Shown in pieces: positions 18,150-28,465 of a stretch of DNA of 64,000 bases (positions within the stretch are counted from its first letter, which is position 1; every line of letters starts with the position of its first letter). A model generated the notes under the pieces. The model worked only from the letters and a program-made list of their open reading frames with translations, did no database searches and was not told where the DNA came from. A program made the translations under genes and the position numbers. The stretch lies in NCBI GenBank assembly GCA_029936395.1, contig JAPYSW010000002.1, forward strand, positions 3,950 to 67,949, in the 5' to 3' direction. Source of the DNA: Candidatus Poseidoniia archaeon. Lineage in GTDB: Archaea; Thermoplasmatota; Poseidoniia; MGIII; CG-Epi1.

Positions 18150-19214
18150 GTGCAGCGTCAGCTATTCTTAACTAATTCCGATGAAGCCGTGAGTCCTGTA
18201 ATCGGTACAATTTTAATTTTAGCAATTATGCTTACAGTTACAGGAACTATGTTGGCTTGGGGCATTCCTCAAATTCAACAAAATGAAGCTTATGCCATAT
18301 ATACGTCAGCACAAAACAATCTTTTAAATTTTGATGCAGATTTGGATCATGTAATTTCTCAAGGAGAAGGAGCGTCTCGTACTTCAACAATTTCTTTTAG
18401 CTCAGGTACCTTTGTTCAACGTGAAAATTTAGATGAAATTAGATATTATTATACTGCCGTTTCTTGGTCAGATTCTAAAATAATAGGTGTTAAAAAAGGT
18501 ACTGAATCTTTTGCAATAATGGATAACTTAGAAACAGTAGATGACTATAGAATTACTTTAGTTTATCCAAACGGAACTCAATGGATTGGAGATTCCATAG
18601 ATTCTTATGTTTCAGGTTTCCCCGCACTTGATTATGGCGTTAAGGCCACATATACAAGCACTATCAATTCAACACAAGTTGGTGGATTCTTCATATATGG
18701 TACGGATTCGTTATCTTACAAATATGCCTCAGTTTCAGGAGTTTTCAAAATGCGAATGCTTAATGGCGGAGTTGTTTCTAAAGAGCCGGGCGGTCAATTT
18801 TATGTCAGTTCTCAACCACTAACTCGCTCAGTTATAAATGAAGTAATTGATCAACAAGATTCTTATGATTCATTAACACTTTATCAAACAGATTATAATA
18901 TGTCATCTTCTATAAAATCGTTAATGGCTGGTAACTTTGTTTTCGATATACGTAATCAAGGTGGTAATGATACTGCTTTGAATATTTACAGTTTACGAAT
19001 AGCTTTTGATGGAGAAAGTTCAGATGCTTTTGAAAGATATTATGTTAAGAATAATAATTTTGAATATACACAATATTACTTTTCAAAAGAGGATTCGGTG
19101 ACAGTATATAATGAATTATCAACATCAGAAATCGATGTCGAATATTCACAATCAACACCATTTGACTTTAGATTATTAGAGAGGACAATACATGTCAAAT
19201 TTAGCTTACGATGA
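18150..19214 (+). CDS. Type IV pilin-like protein (DUF1628 N-terminus) with a large globular domain
   Basis: GTG start. 'MQRQLFLTNSDEAVSPVIGTILILAIMLTV'. Many NxS/T sequons. Confidence 0.65.
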   Translation: MQRQLFLTNSDEAVSPVIGTILILAIMLTVTGTMLAWGIPQIQQNEAYAIYTSAQNNLLNFDADLDHVISQGEGASRTSTISFSSGTFVQRENLDEIRYYYTAVSWSDSKIIGVKKGTESFAIMDNLETVDDYRITLVYPNGTQWIGDSIDSYVSGFPALDYGVKATYTSTINSTQVGGFFIYGTDSLSYKYASVSGVFKMRMLNGGVVSKEPGGQFYVSSQPLTRSVINEVIDQQDSYDSLTLYQTDYNMSSSIKSLMAGNFVFDIRNQGGNDTALNIYSLRIAFDGESSDAFERYYVKNNNFEYTQYYFSKEDSVTVYNELSTSEIDVEYSQSTPFDFRLLERTIHVKFSLR

Positions 19215-19668
19215 TTCTGCAGTTTCAGAATTAATTGGTTATGTTTACACTATAGCCGTTTCCATTTTAATTTTATCTTCCATAATGTTAACTTCTACAA
19301 CAATGCTTAATGGAAATATAGCTAACACAGCCCAAGAAGAAGCCGAACAATTAGCACTTTATTTCCAACTATCGATTGAAGATTTGCTGACTACAGTACG
19401 AGAGTATCCTGATTCTTCTCCAGTTATTAAATTGGATTCCGGTATCGAATCTATAAATCATGGAATTAAGTATAAGATAAATGGGACTGCAGGTGGACTT
19501 AAAGTTACTACAATGCAGCCTAGAGGTGGTGAGTTTGAGGTAACTTTCCCTATGTCTCCTGCTATAGCTATAGAGACTACAAGTGGTTTACCATTAATAT
19601 CGACGTCTTCTTATATAGTCATATACTATGATAATAATCTAATGGTTGTCAAGTTAACCACTGGATGA
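19192..19668 (+). CDS. Pilin-like / FlaF-FlaG-like protein with a class III signal-like N-terminus
   Basis: 'DSAVSELIGYVYTIAVSILILSSIM'. Confidence 0.5.
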   Translation: MSNLAYDDSAVSELIGYVYTIAVSILILSSIMLTSTTMLNGNIANTAQEEAEQLALYFQLSIEDLLTTVREYPDSSPVIKLDSGIESINHGIKYKINGTAGGLKVTTMQPRGGEFEVTFPMSPAIAIETTSGLPLISTSSYIVIYYDNNLMVVKLTTG

Positions 19669-21926
19669 ATAAAATGAGCGCAGCCAAAGAAACAATGGAA
19701 AACGCTTCGAGTTTGCTCGGTGAACAAGATGAGCAGATTGATGAGTCCAAACTTTCTTGGCTTCAGCGTCGTAAACTCAATAAACAACGTAAAGCAGAAG
19801 CTAAGAAGCGTAAAGCTGCTGAAAACGAAGGTGTGATTCATGATTTAGTTATGGATGATATTGAGATTGGTGAAGATTTTGAAGAATTAGATACTTATCC
19901 TGTTTATCCTCCTTTTTCTTATGTTAGAGTTTTGTTTGATAAGAGAGATTACTCTCGTTTTTATTATGTAGTTGAACCTAAGGCTTCAAAGCAGGAAAAA
20001 GAAGATTTAGATACAATTAAGCTGGTTCTCCAGAGGGCTCTTAACATTAATCGTGAAACGCTCGATGAAACTCAAGAAGATTTCTTGAAGCAAGCAGTGG
20101 ATGATATTTTAGATAGTTATCGATTAAAATCACGTAAGAGCAATCGAGAGAAAATCCATTATTATATTGAAAGAGATTTGCTTGGTTATGGTAAAATAGA
20201 CACCATGATGAAAGATCCAAATATTGAGGATGTTTCTTGTGATGGTCCTGGTGTTGAGATATTTGTTTACCATAGGCGATTTGAATCTTTACGAACAAAT
20301 GTAATGTGGGAAGATGAATTAGAATTAGAACAATATATTATTCGTATGGCTCAACGTTGTGGAAAACATATTTCCATTGCTGCACCATTATTAGATGCAA
20401 CTTTGATGGATGGTTCACGTATTGTTATGACACTTGGACGTGAGGTTTCGACAAAAGGTTCTACTTTTACGATACGGCGTTTTAGAGATGAGCCCTTTAC
20501 TCCTGTAGATTTACTTGAATTCAAAACATTTTCATCAATGCAAATTGCATTCTTTTGGTTAGCAATGCAGTATGGTATGTCTATGCTTTTCGTTGGTGGA
20601 ACTGCATCTGGGAAGACAACTTCTTTGAATGCTTGTTCACTTTTCCTTCCATGGCAACATAAAATTGTAAGTATTGAAGAGACAAGAGAATTGAATTTAC
20701 CCCATCCAAACTGGATTCCAGGTTGTACTCGGCAAGGTTTTGGAGGAGAATCTTCAGGATCTGGTGAAAAAGCAGCTGGAGAAGTTGATATGTATGATTT
20801 GTTAAGGGCAGCACTCCGTGAACGTCCAGAATACATAATTGTTGGAGAAATTCGAGGTGCAGAAGCTTATGTTCTTTTCCAGGCTATGGCGACAGGACAT
20901 ACAACGTATTCAACTTTCCACGCAGATTCTATTCAGAGTTTAGTACATCGTCTTGAGAACAAACCAATTGAAATTCCTAGAGTATTGATTCCAGCATTAG
21001 ATGGGATCTCGATTCAGATTCAGACTCGTGTCGGAGGCAAGCGTGTTCGAAGAAATAAAGCAATTGTTGAGATTATAGGAATAGATCCTCATTCACATGA
21101 ATTGTTAACCAATGAAGCATTCCGAAGGGATAATAAGACTGACGAATATGTTTTCACAGGTAAGTCATATATTTTCGAAAAAATTATGGTGAAAGCGAAT
21201 CTTAATCGTGTAGAGATAATGGATGAAACCAAGAGGAGACAATTGGTTATGGAATGGTGTTTAAAGAAAGGAATTAGAGATTACAAGGATTTTGCAAAAG
21301 TTGTTGCAGAGTATTATGTTCATCCTGAAGATGTAATGCGTAAAGTTTACGAAGATATGCAAGTCGGTGGCAAGAAACGTCGTCGCAAAGTCGAAGATAG
21401 AGACATGGACTTATCTCGGGATGATGAGGAAGTTGATGTTGGTGATTTCCCACCTAAGGCAAGGCAGAAGTATCAGACACGTGAAGCCAAAGAACAAGCC
21501 ACTCGTGCAAGGAATGATGCTAAAATTTCACAGACTGATGATCCAACTAAGAGAGCTAAATTAATTAAAAACGAGGAATCTAGGCGTGAAAAGATAGAAT
21601 TAAGATTACAAAATGATTTACTCAAAGATCAGGCATATTATGCACCATTGAAACAATTAGTTCCATTGACTAAAGAAGTAGATATTGGAGATGTTTCATC
21701 TCTGAATGAGGTTGAAGGTCGTAGAATTTTGAAAAGAGTATTATCTGAAATTAATGCTCGAACTAAAGCAGCAATGAATATTGAAAAAAGTGATGAAGGT
21801 CAAAGATCGGCAGCCGTTGAAGCTGAAGAAACTCGTCAGTCTAAAGCATTGGTAGCTTTGAAAACCAATTTAGCCAATAGAGTACAACGTTCTGCTAATC
21901 CACGTTGGTGGCACAAATGGCTCTGA
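19665..21926 (+). CDS. Type II/IV secretion-system ATPase (FlaI/VirB11/TadA family) with long charged N- and C-terminal extensions
   Basis: Walker A 'GGTASGKTT' and 'GEIRGAEAYVLFQAMATGHTTYSTFHA'. Roughly the last 190 aa are K/R/E/D-rich with low complexity. Confidence 0.85.
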   Translation: MNKMSAAKETMENASSLLGEQDEQIDESKLSWLQRRKLNKQRKAEAKKRKAAENEGVIHDLVMDDIEIGEDFEELDTYPVYPPFSYVRVLFDKRDYSRFYYVVEPKASKQEKEDLDTIKLVLQRALNINRETLDETQEDFLKQAVDDILDSYRLKSRKSNREKIHYYIERDLLGYGKIDTMMKDPNIEDVSCDGPGVEIFVYHRRFESLRTNVMWEDELELEQYIIRMAQRCGKHISIAAPLLDATLMDGSRIVMTLGREVSTKGSTFTIRRFRDEPFTPVDLLEFKTFSSMQIAFFWLAMQYGMSMLFVGGTASGKTTSLNACSLFLPWQHKIVSIEETRELNLPHPNWIPGCTRQGFGGESSGSGEKAAGEVDMYDLLRAALRERPEYIIVGEIRGAEAYVLFQAMATGHTTYSTFHADSIQSLVHRLENKPIEIPRVLIPALDGISIQIQTRVGGKRVRRNKAIVEIIGIDPHSHELLTNEAFRRDNKTDEYVFTGKSYIFEKIMVKANLNRVEIMDETKRRQLVMEWCLKKGIRDYKDFAKVVAEYYVHPEDVMRKVYEDMQVGGKKRRRKVEDRDMDLSRDDEEVDVGDFPPKARQKYQTREAKEQATRARNDAKISQTDDPTKRAKLIKNEESRREKIELRLQNDLLKDQAYYAPLKQLVPLTKEVDIGDVSSLNEVEGRRILKRVLSEINARTKAAMNIEKSDEGQRSAAVEAEETRQSKALVALKTNLANRVQRSANPRWWHKWL

Positions 21927-22876
21927 CGGGTTTTGAAACATTTAGTAGAGTTTTATTCGGCTGGTTAGGTCGTATGCTGACCAAAGATTCTCTCGGTCTT
22001 AAAAATCAGTTAGTTAAAGCCCGTATTCCCCTTTTACCAGAAGATTATGTAGCAACTTCAGCAATGCAAGTTGTTTTAACTTTTTTAGTTGGTTTGGGTG
22101 TCACATTACTCCTTCTTGGAGTTGTGATTCCTCAGATTGAGTCTATAGAAAATCCTAATGGAAATACAGATCCTTTTACTGGTGTCAGAGAGAATTATTC
22201 CATTTCTATTTTTACTGAAATGATTATAGCTGTAGTATTATTATTAGTATTACCTGGATTGGTAGCCCTAGTTCAATGGTTAACACCGGCATTATTGCAA
22301 AGTAGCCGAGGTAAAAATATGGATAAGCAAATACCTTTTGCAGCTAGTTATGTTTCAGCAATGGCTGCAGCTAATGCAACACCTTCCGTGACTTTCAAAT
22401 CACTTGCCCGAAATTATGACATATATGGAGAAATAGCGCATGAGGCTGCTTGGATTTATCATAGTATGGAGTTTATTGGCCGAGATTTAGTAACTACATT
22501 AAAAGAAGCTGTTGACAGAACACCTTCTGAGAGATTTGCAGAGTTTGTTCAGGGCATTATCGGAACTGTAACTGCTGGAGGAAATCTCAAACTTTATTTC
22601 TTGAACAGAGCTGAATATTATGGTCAACAAAATAGAAGTCATGTTAAAGATATTTTACAACAGATGGCTTTATTCTCTGAAGCTTACGTTGTTGTAGCTG
22701 TAGCATTACCTATTTTTGCAATGATTATTGCAGTTATTACTTTTTGGGTTTCTGGTGCTGGGATGCAAATTGAACAGATACACATGTATCTTTTAGTTTT
22801 CGGAGGATTTCCAGTTATCCAAATAATTTTTTCAGGTTTATTTTATTCACTAAGTCAGGAGGTTTCAACTGATTAA
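21917..22876 (+). CDS. Pilus platform membrane protein (FlaJ/TadB-like, T2SS-F domain)
   Basis: Polytopic with a cytoplasmic domain. ATG at 21917 overlaps the ATPase stop (the ORF-track start at 21905 is a TTG). Confidence 0.55.
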   Translation: MALTGFETFSRVLFGWLGRMLTKDSLGLKNQLVKARIPLLPEDYVATSAMQVVLTFLVGLGVTLLLLGVVIPQIESIENPNGNTDPFTGVRENYSISIFTEMIIAVVLLLVLPGLVALVQWLTPALLQSSRGKNMDKQIPFAASYVSAMAAANATPSVTFKSLARNYDIYGEIAHEAAWIYHSMEFIGRDLVTTLKEAVDRTPSERFAEFVQGIIGTVTAGGNLKLYFLNRAEYYGQQNRSHVKDILQQMALFSEAYVVVAVALPIFAMIIAVITFWVSGAGMQIEQIHMYLLVFGGFPVIQIIFSGLFYSLSQEVSTD

Positions 22877-24111
22877 TGTCAATAAAAGGGAACCTTCAGA
22901 ATAAAGTCTACACTGACCGCCGTACTGGCGTCAAAAGGCGTTGGATGGAATATTGGAAAGTCGATCGCTGGTTAAGTGTCAGAAATAAAGATGCCGATTG
23001 GGGTCCTACACTTGTTGCATTTTTTTCAATAACATTGGCCATCTTCTTTTTTGCAATTGCTAATGAAGATATTAAGAGTGATAAAAGAACTGAAATGGTG
23101 GATAGAGATCATGATAAACAATTTGATAATCCTTGGAATCTAAATGATGGCCGATTTACTTTTACTTTAGGAAATACATATGCCGAACCACAGAATGGTG
23201 AAAAATATGAATTGATTACTGGTTTGGGTTCTTCTCTTGCAATTAAAAATAATGAGTCTAAAGATAAAGATCCTTTCATAAATGGTATAGATGAAGAAAT
23301 GGATGCCGATCAATGGTATCGAAGTTATCCTGAAATTTCAGCTATAGATTATATTGTATTTGGTTTAATTGGATTGATGTATCCTTACGGATGGTATGGA
23401 AAAAGACGAGATGCGATTAGAGCTCGTGTTGAAGAAAAGTTCCCAGATTTCTTGAGAGATTTAGCTGAATATTGGAAAGGAGGGCTCAGTATGACTGTAG
23501 CTATTCAGACTTTAGCTAAAGGAGAGTATGGCAATCTCAATGATGAAGTAAATAAAATGGCTTCACAAATTTCATGGGGTGTTTCTTTTGGCGAAGTTTT
23601 AGAGATGTTTACTGAAAGAGTAACTTCACCAATTGTGACAAGAGCCGTTAGGATGGTCGATGAAGCAAACAGAGCTGGAGGTAGAATTTCAGATATTCTT
23701 TTGGCAGCATCATTTGATGCTAGAGAAATAAAGGCTTTAGAAAATGAAAGAAGACAGGAAGTAGGTAGTTATGTAACGGTCATTTATACTTCATTCTTTG
23801 TTTACTTAGGTATAATTTTAGTTCTTGCTAGTACTTTTATTCCTGCAATTGTAGATTCATCTGCAGCCACTGGCGGCGGCAGTATGTCTATAGGTAATTT
23901 AACAATTAGAGAGATGAATGAAGTTTGGATTTCAAGTATGTTCCTTTACAGCCTCATGGTTCAAGGAATAGGTAACGGACTTGCAGCAGGTTTCATGTCA
24001 ACAGGTAAACTATATTCTGCATTTAGTAAAGCATCATTCCTTCTCTTTTTAGGTTGGTTTATTTTCGAAATAATGGGTATTGCAACTTCTGTAAACACTC
24101 CACAGATTTAA
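22876..24111 (+). CDS. Pilus platform membrane protein (FlaJ/TadC-like, T2SS-F domain)
   Basis: 'FLRDLAEYWKGGLSMTVAIQTLA...' and 'RAVRMVDEANRAGGRISDIL'. TAATG overlap with the upstream gene. Confidence 0.7.
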   Translation: MSIKGNLQNKVYTDRRTGVKRRWMEYWKVDRWLSVRNKDADWGPTLVAFFSITLAIFFFAIANEDIKSDKRTEMVDRDHDKQFDNPWNLNDGRFTFTLGNTYAEPQNGEKYELITGLGSSLAIKNNESKDKDPFINGIDEEMDADQWYRSYPEISAIDYIVFGLIGLMYPYGWYGKRRDAIRARVEEKFPDFLRDLAEYWKGGLSMTVAIQTLAKGEYGNLNDEVNKMASQISWGVSFGEVLEMFTERVTSPIVTRAVRMVDEANRAGGRISDILLAASFDAREIKALENERRQEVGSYVTVIYTSFFVYLGIILVLASTFIPAIVDSSAATGGGSMSIGNLTIREMNEVWISSMFLYSLMVQGIGNGLAAGFMSTGKLYSAFSKASFLLFLGWFIFEIMGIATSVNTPQI

Positions 24112-24127
24112 TTGGAGTTTTATTATT

Positions 24128-24580
24128 ATGAAAAATACCAAAGGTCAAATGCATGTATTGGAAGTTTTGTTAGTAGCAACCTTATTCACTTCTACAATCA
24201 ATGTTGCCGTTAGTGTTCTTCCTACAAGTGATGCTAATAATTTTGAGGAAAATGACCTTTATTTTACAGGTTTAGAAATTCTTGAGATATTTGATGAATG
24301 GGTTCCTGTAGACTCAACTATTGCTGCAGCCCATCACGATTCAACATTGTCTTGGTGGTTAGCTACAGAGAATTATACTGCAATAAAGCAATATTTGGAT
24401 GCCGGTCTTTCCTCTTCATTATCATATAGATTGGAAGGGACACATGGGGGTCAGACTGATGTTATTGTAGATCGGACAGTTGACTCAGGACCTGTTACTC
24501 AGACTTTCAGACTAGTTTGGGCTGATGAAGAACTTTGGGAATTAAATTTACAGCTGTGGTATGGATATAGGGAGGATTAA
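24128..24580 (+). CDS. Putative minor pilin (short positively charged N-terminus plus hydrophobic helix)
   Basis: 'MKNTKGQMHVLEVLLVATLFTSTINVAV'. Confidence 0.4.
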   Translation: MKNTKGQMHVLEVLLVATLFTSTINVAVSVLPTSDANNFEENDLYFTGLEILEIFDEWVPVDSTIAAAHHDSTLSWWLATENYTAIKQYLDAGLSSSLSYRLEGTHGGQTDVIVDRTVDSGPVTQTFRLVWADEELWELNLQLWYGYRED

Positions 24581-24969
24581 TGAAAGATCAAGCACAACTT
24601 CTTTTAGTTTCCGGACTTTTAATGTCTATTACATTAATTGCAGTTACTAGTACTATTACTCATTCAGTAAATTTAGGCAATCATCAAGGTGAGAGGCATG
24701 ACATAACTCCAGTAATTACTTCTTTAGAGAATAGTTTTTCATTAGCTTTAGAATATGAAGTATTGAATGCAGCAGATGGTATTCAATTGTCTACTTCTTT
24801 TGAGATAGTTACCGAAGAGTTTGAATCAATTCTTGCTTCACGCGGCTATTCTTTACATTACGCATTAACTTCAGCAATAGAAAGTAGTGGTACTCATACT
24901 TTCGTTTATAGTTATGAGCTTAATGACAATACAATATCGGTCAATTTTAATAAGTCTTTAACTTTTTAA
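24580..24969 (+). CDS. Putative minor pilin
   Basis: 'MKDQAQLLLVSGLLMSITLIAV'. Start overlaps the upstream stop. Confidence 0.4.
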   Translation: MKDQAQLLLVSGLLMSITLIAVTSTITHSVNLGNHQGERHDITPVITSLENSFSLALEYEVLNAADGIQLSTSFEIVTEEFESILASRGYSLHYALTSAIESSGTHTFVYSYELNDNTISVNFNKSLTF

Positions 24970-25280
24970 TCGTTTGAACCAATAAAAGAGAATATAGTTC
25001 TTTTGAACATCCCACCAAATCCTAAGAAACTAGTTATCAACATTCCTACAAACATGATAATATAACTTAGATATAATTGTTCAAGATGATTGTCGTAATC
25101 TGAAGGTATTTCTCCACCTTTTAGTCCTAAAAGTCTAATTAAACCGAATATAAATCCTACAAAAATAAGCAGCATTCCAAATCCTGTAATTATTTCATTA
25201 GTTGTGAAGCCATCCTCGGAAGGATCGTCTCTACCTTTAAAATCTGTGAATTCATCATTATTATCATTGTCGTCTGACAT
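24966..25280 (-). CDS. Small 2-TM membrane protein with an acidic N-terminus
   Basis: Hydrophobicity only. Confidence 0.3.
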   Translation of the reverse strand: MSDDNDNNDEFTDFKGRDDPSEDGFTTNEIITGFGMLLIFVGFIFGLIRLLGLKGGEIPSDYDNHLEQLYLSYIIMFVGMLITSFLGFGGMFKRTIFSFIGSND

Positions 25281-25323
25281 AATGCTGCCAGAAATTACAG
25301 CTTAATAAGGTTGCCCTTGTTTT

Positions 25324-26943
25324 TTATCCTTTCTTATGAGCTAAAGCAGCTTTTACTAAACCAAAGTGTAAAGGAGATGGTTCATCAGGTCGGGATTTAA
25401 ATTCTGGATGAAATTGAGATGCTACAAAATAGGGATGTCCTTCAAGTTCCAATATCTCCATTCTTCGTCCACTAATATCTCTTCCAGTATATTTTAGGCC
25501 TTTAGCTTCAATTTGATCGATATATTCAGGGTTTATTTCATAACGATGTCTATGCCTTTCAGATATTTTGTTTATACCATAAAGATCTCTGGCTATTCCC
25601 TTACTAACATTAACCACATGGTCCCCTAATCTCATAGTCGCTCCCATATCATTGACACCTTCTTGTTCCGGAAGTATATTTACAACGGGATGTGGACTTT
25701 CTGGATCGAGTTCAGCAGAGTTTGCTCCTTTTAGCCCTAAAACATTTCGTGCAAATTCAATTGTTGCCAATTGGAAACCAAAGCAAACGCCAAGATAGGG
25801 GGTATTTTGTTCACGAGCCCATTTAGTACTCATAATTTTACCTTCAGCTCCTCGTTTTCCAAATCCGCCAGGGACAAGAACACCATTAACTCCTTCAAGA
25901 TCTTCAATAGTTCCACTATCTTCCAAGTCAGGTGCTTCAATCCATCTAATTTTGACCCTACATCCTAGAACTGCACCAGCATATCTAAGAGATTCTTTAT
26001 GAGAAATATACGAATCCTTTAGGGCAGTATATTTTCCAATCAAGGCGATTTCGACTTCTTCACCTCCATTTGAAACCCGTTTTGCAAAATCTTTCCATTT
26101 TGTAACATCAGGTTTTCTTGTCTTAAGTCCAAGTCTTTTTTCAATTAATTCATGTAAGCCTTGATCTAAAAACATTAAAGGAACATCATAGATAGACTTT
26201 GCATCTGGCGCAGAGATAACGGCTTCTCTAGGTATATCAGCAAAGAAAGCAATTTTTGCAGCAATATCTTTGTTTAACATATCGTTACTTCTCCCAACAA
26301 TAATGTCAGGTTTTATTCCCAATCCTTGTAATTCTTTAATCGAATGTTGTGTTGGTTTGGTCTTTTGTTCGCCAACAGATCCTACGACAGGAACAAGGGT
26401 AGTATGAATATACATTACATTTTCTTTTCCTTCTTCTCTACTTAAAAGACGCCCAGCTTCCATGAATGGCATGGATTCAATATCCCCCACAGTCCCTCCA
26501 AATTCAACCATACAAATATCAGCTTTTGAATTCTCAGCAGCTTTTCTCATTCCATCAACGATTTCCCGAACTACGTGAGGAATTATTTGAACAGTTTGAC
26601 CCAGATAGTCTCCACGTCTTTCCTTTTCTATAACTCTCTTGTAAACTTTCCCCGTAGTTATATTATGTTCACGAGTCAAATTACAGTTTAAAAATCGCTC
26701 ATAGTTTCCAAGATCTAAATCTACTTCAGCTCCATCAGTCATAACAAAAACTTCACCATGTTCATATGGATTCATTGTGCCTGCATCTACATTCAAGTAG
26801 GGATCCATTTTTACGGCTGTAACTTTGTAGCCAGCACATTGTAGCAATAGTCCTGCAGAAGATGAAGTTATTCCTTTACCTAATCCGGAAAGGACACCGC
26901 CGGTTACAATTATATATTTCATTAACTCAACGGACATATACAT
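25324..26943 (-). CDS. pyrG: CTP synthase
   Basis: 'MKYIIVTGGVLSGLGKGITSSS' and the glutamine amidotransferase domain 'GVCFGFQ'. The true start may be the internal ATG at 26922 (MKYIIV). Confidence 0.95.
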   Translation of the reverse strand: MYMSVELMKYIIVTGGVLSGLGKGITSSSAGLLLQCAGYKVTAVKMDPYLNVDAGTMNPYEHGEVFVMTDGAEVDLDLGNYERFLNCNLTREHNITTGKVYKRVIEKERRGDYLGQTVQIIPHVVREIVDGMRKAAENSKADICMVEFGGTVGDIESMPFMEAGRLLSREEGKENVMYIHTTLVPVVGSVGEQKTKPTQHSIKELQGLGIKPDIIVGRSNDMLNKDIAAKIAFFADIPREAVISAPDAKSIYDVPLMFLDQGLHELIEKRLGLKTRKPDVTKWKDFAKRVSNGGEEVEIALIGKYTALKDSYISHKESLRYAGAVLGCRVKIRWIEAPDLEDSGTIEDLEGVNGVLVPGGFGKRGAEGKIMSTKWAREQNTPYLGVCFGFQLATIEFARNVLGLKGANSAELDPESPHPVVNILPEQEGVNDMGATMRLGDHVVNVSKGIARDLYGINKISERHRHRYEINPEYIDQIEAKGLKYTGRDISGRRMEILELEGHPYFVASQFHPEFKSRPDEPSPLHFGLVKAALAHKKG

Positions 26944-27000
26944 GTCAACAACCCACTATAAGGCCGACGGTTCACTTAAACCCCTATCTTATGTTATAAT

Positions 27001-27903
27001 GTGACTCTAATAATTAACAAGCATAGTAACAATATATTTTGGTTTGATTTATGTCCTAATAATGAATCAAATTTCATATCTGTGTATGTAATTATAGATA
27101 AAAAAATTTCATTAATTGAAACCGGTCCTGCAAGTTCACATAATACTCTTTTAGCAGGCATAAAGCAGATAGGTTTGAGTCCTGAAGATATAGATTATAT
27201 TATTCCAACTCACATACATTTAGATCATTTTGGAGGTGGTGGGCACATGATGGAAGTTTGTAAGAACGCTAAATCAATAGTCCATCCTAATGCATACAAG
27301 CATGTTTCTAGTATTGATCGTTGGTGGTCAGGTAGCCATGATTTTCTAGGTAGTATTGCAGATCTTTATGGTAAACCTAAACCAATACCTGAAAAACGGT
27401 TAATCTCGGCCGAGGATGGCTTTGAATTGTCACTAGGTAGTCAAAATCTCAAAGGACTTCACACTCCAGGGCATGCCCCTCATCACATAACTTGGGTTTA
27501 CGGAGAGGAAGCTTTTGTTGGAGATTCAGCAGGTCTTTGGTATCCGAATATAGGTAGTTCTTTTCCGGTTACGCCAGGATATTATAGACATGATTTAGCT
27601 TTAGAAAGTATTAAAAAAATGGATAAATTAGATTTAGCATATATTCATTATACTCATTTTGGCCCTCGTATTGCCAAGGGAGTTTTTAGAGAAACTCGGA
27701 AAGAATTTGAACTGTGGATGGAAGTTGTTGAAAAAGGCTATCAAGAAGATAAATCATCTAATATTATTTTAAAGGAATTATTTGAGATAAGGCCTGGTCT
27801 TGAAGCAACACATTTATCACATGGCCTTCATCAGATGGAAACCCATTTAGGCACTGTCAAAGGTATGTTGCATTGGGTTAGGAGGATAAATGCGCAAGAC
27901 TGA
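27001..27903 (+). CDS. MBL-fold metallohydrolase
   Basis: 'THIHLDHFGGGG' HxHxDH motif, then 'HTPGHAPHH'. Start uncertain (GTG). Confidence 0.65.
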   Translation: MTLIINKHSNNIFWFDLCPNNESNFISVYVIIDKKISLIETGPASSHNTLLAGIKQIGLSPEDIDYIIPTHIHLDHFGGGGHMMEVCKNAKSIVHPNAYKHVSSIDRWWSGSHDFLGSIADLYGKPKPIPEKRLISAEDGFELSLGSQNLKGLHTPGHAPHHITWVYGEEAFVGDSAGLWYPNIGSSFPVTPGYYRHDLALESIKKMDKLDLAYIHYTHFGPRIAKGVFRETRKEFELWMEVVEKGYQEDKSSNIILKELFEIRPGLEATHLSHGLHQMETHLGTVKGMLHWVRRINAQD

Positions 27904-28465
27904 AAAAGTATTATTAGTAAAAGCGTTCCCATATCCTCATGTAATAGTAAAAGATTTTCTTGATGAGAGCACATTAGACCTAGTAATTGATGCTCTAGCA
28001 GGTTTAGAATATGACTTTAAGGAATCGGATTTATTCAGCTATTGGGCTAGTGTTGAATTAACAGACATAGATCATCCTGCAATAAATATTCTTCGAGATG
28101 ATTTGGGAGATGAACTATGGCGGAAGAAGGTTGCTGAGGCCTTTAGTTCTAAACCACTTTCTAGTATAGATATGGCAGCATATGTTTATGGTTTAGGTGA
28201 TTTTTTGCTGCCTCATGATGATCAAGTTGAAGAGAGGATTATTGCATACAGTCTACATTTGACTCCTGAAATAACTGAAGACATGGGTGGTTCTTTACAA
28301 ATTTTTAATGTTGATGAGAATAATAATTCAAAGATAGCCGATAGCATTATTCCAGAATATAATTCTTTGATTATGTTTGAAGTTTCTAAACATTCTTGGC
28401 ATCAGGTTGGGGAGATACTACAAGATATTCAGAGATTAACTGTTACGGGGTGGTATCATGGTTGA
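27890..28465 (+). CDS. 2OG-Fe(II) oxygenase-like protein
   Basis: 'LPHDD' (HxD) ... 'SWHQV' ... 'RLT' fits the facial triad plus the 2OG-binding Arg. Confidence 0.5.
   Translation: MRKTEKVLLVKAFPYPHVIVKDFLDESTLDLVIDALAGLEYDFKESDLFSYWASVELTDIDHPAINILRDDLGDELWRKKVAEAFSSKPLSSIDMAAYVYGLGDFLLPHDDQVEERIIAYSLHLTPEITEDMGGSLQIFNVDENNNSKIADSIIPEYNSLIMFEVSKHSWHQVGEILQDIQRLTVTGWYHG

Noticed and set aside
25324-26943. Possible N-terminal extension 'MYMSVEL' on CTP synthase
   Set aside because: Homology starts at MKYIIV, corresponding to an internal ATG at 26922. The longer start was kept in the feature table but is flagged as uncertain, not treated as a finding.
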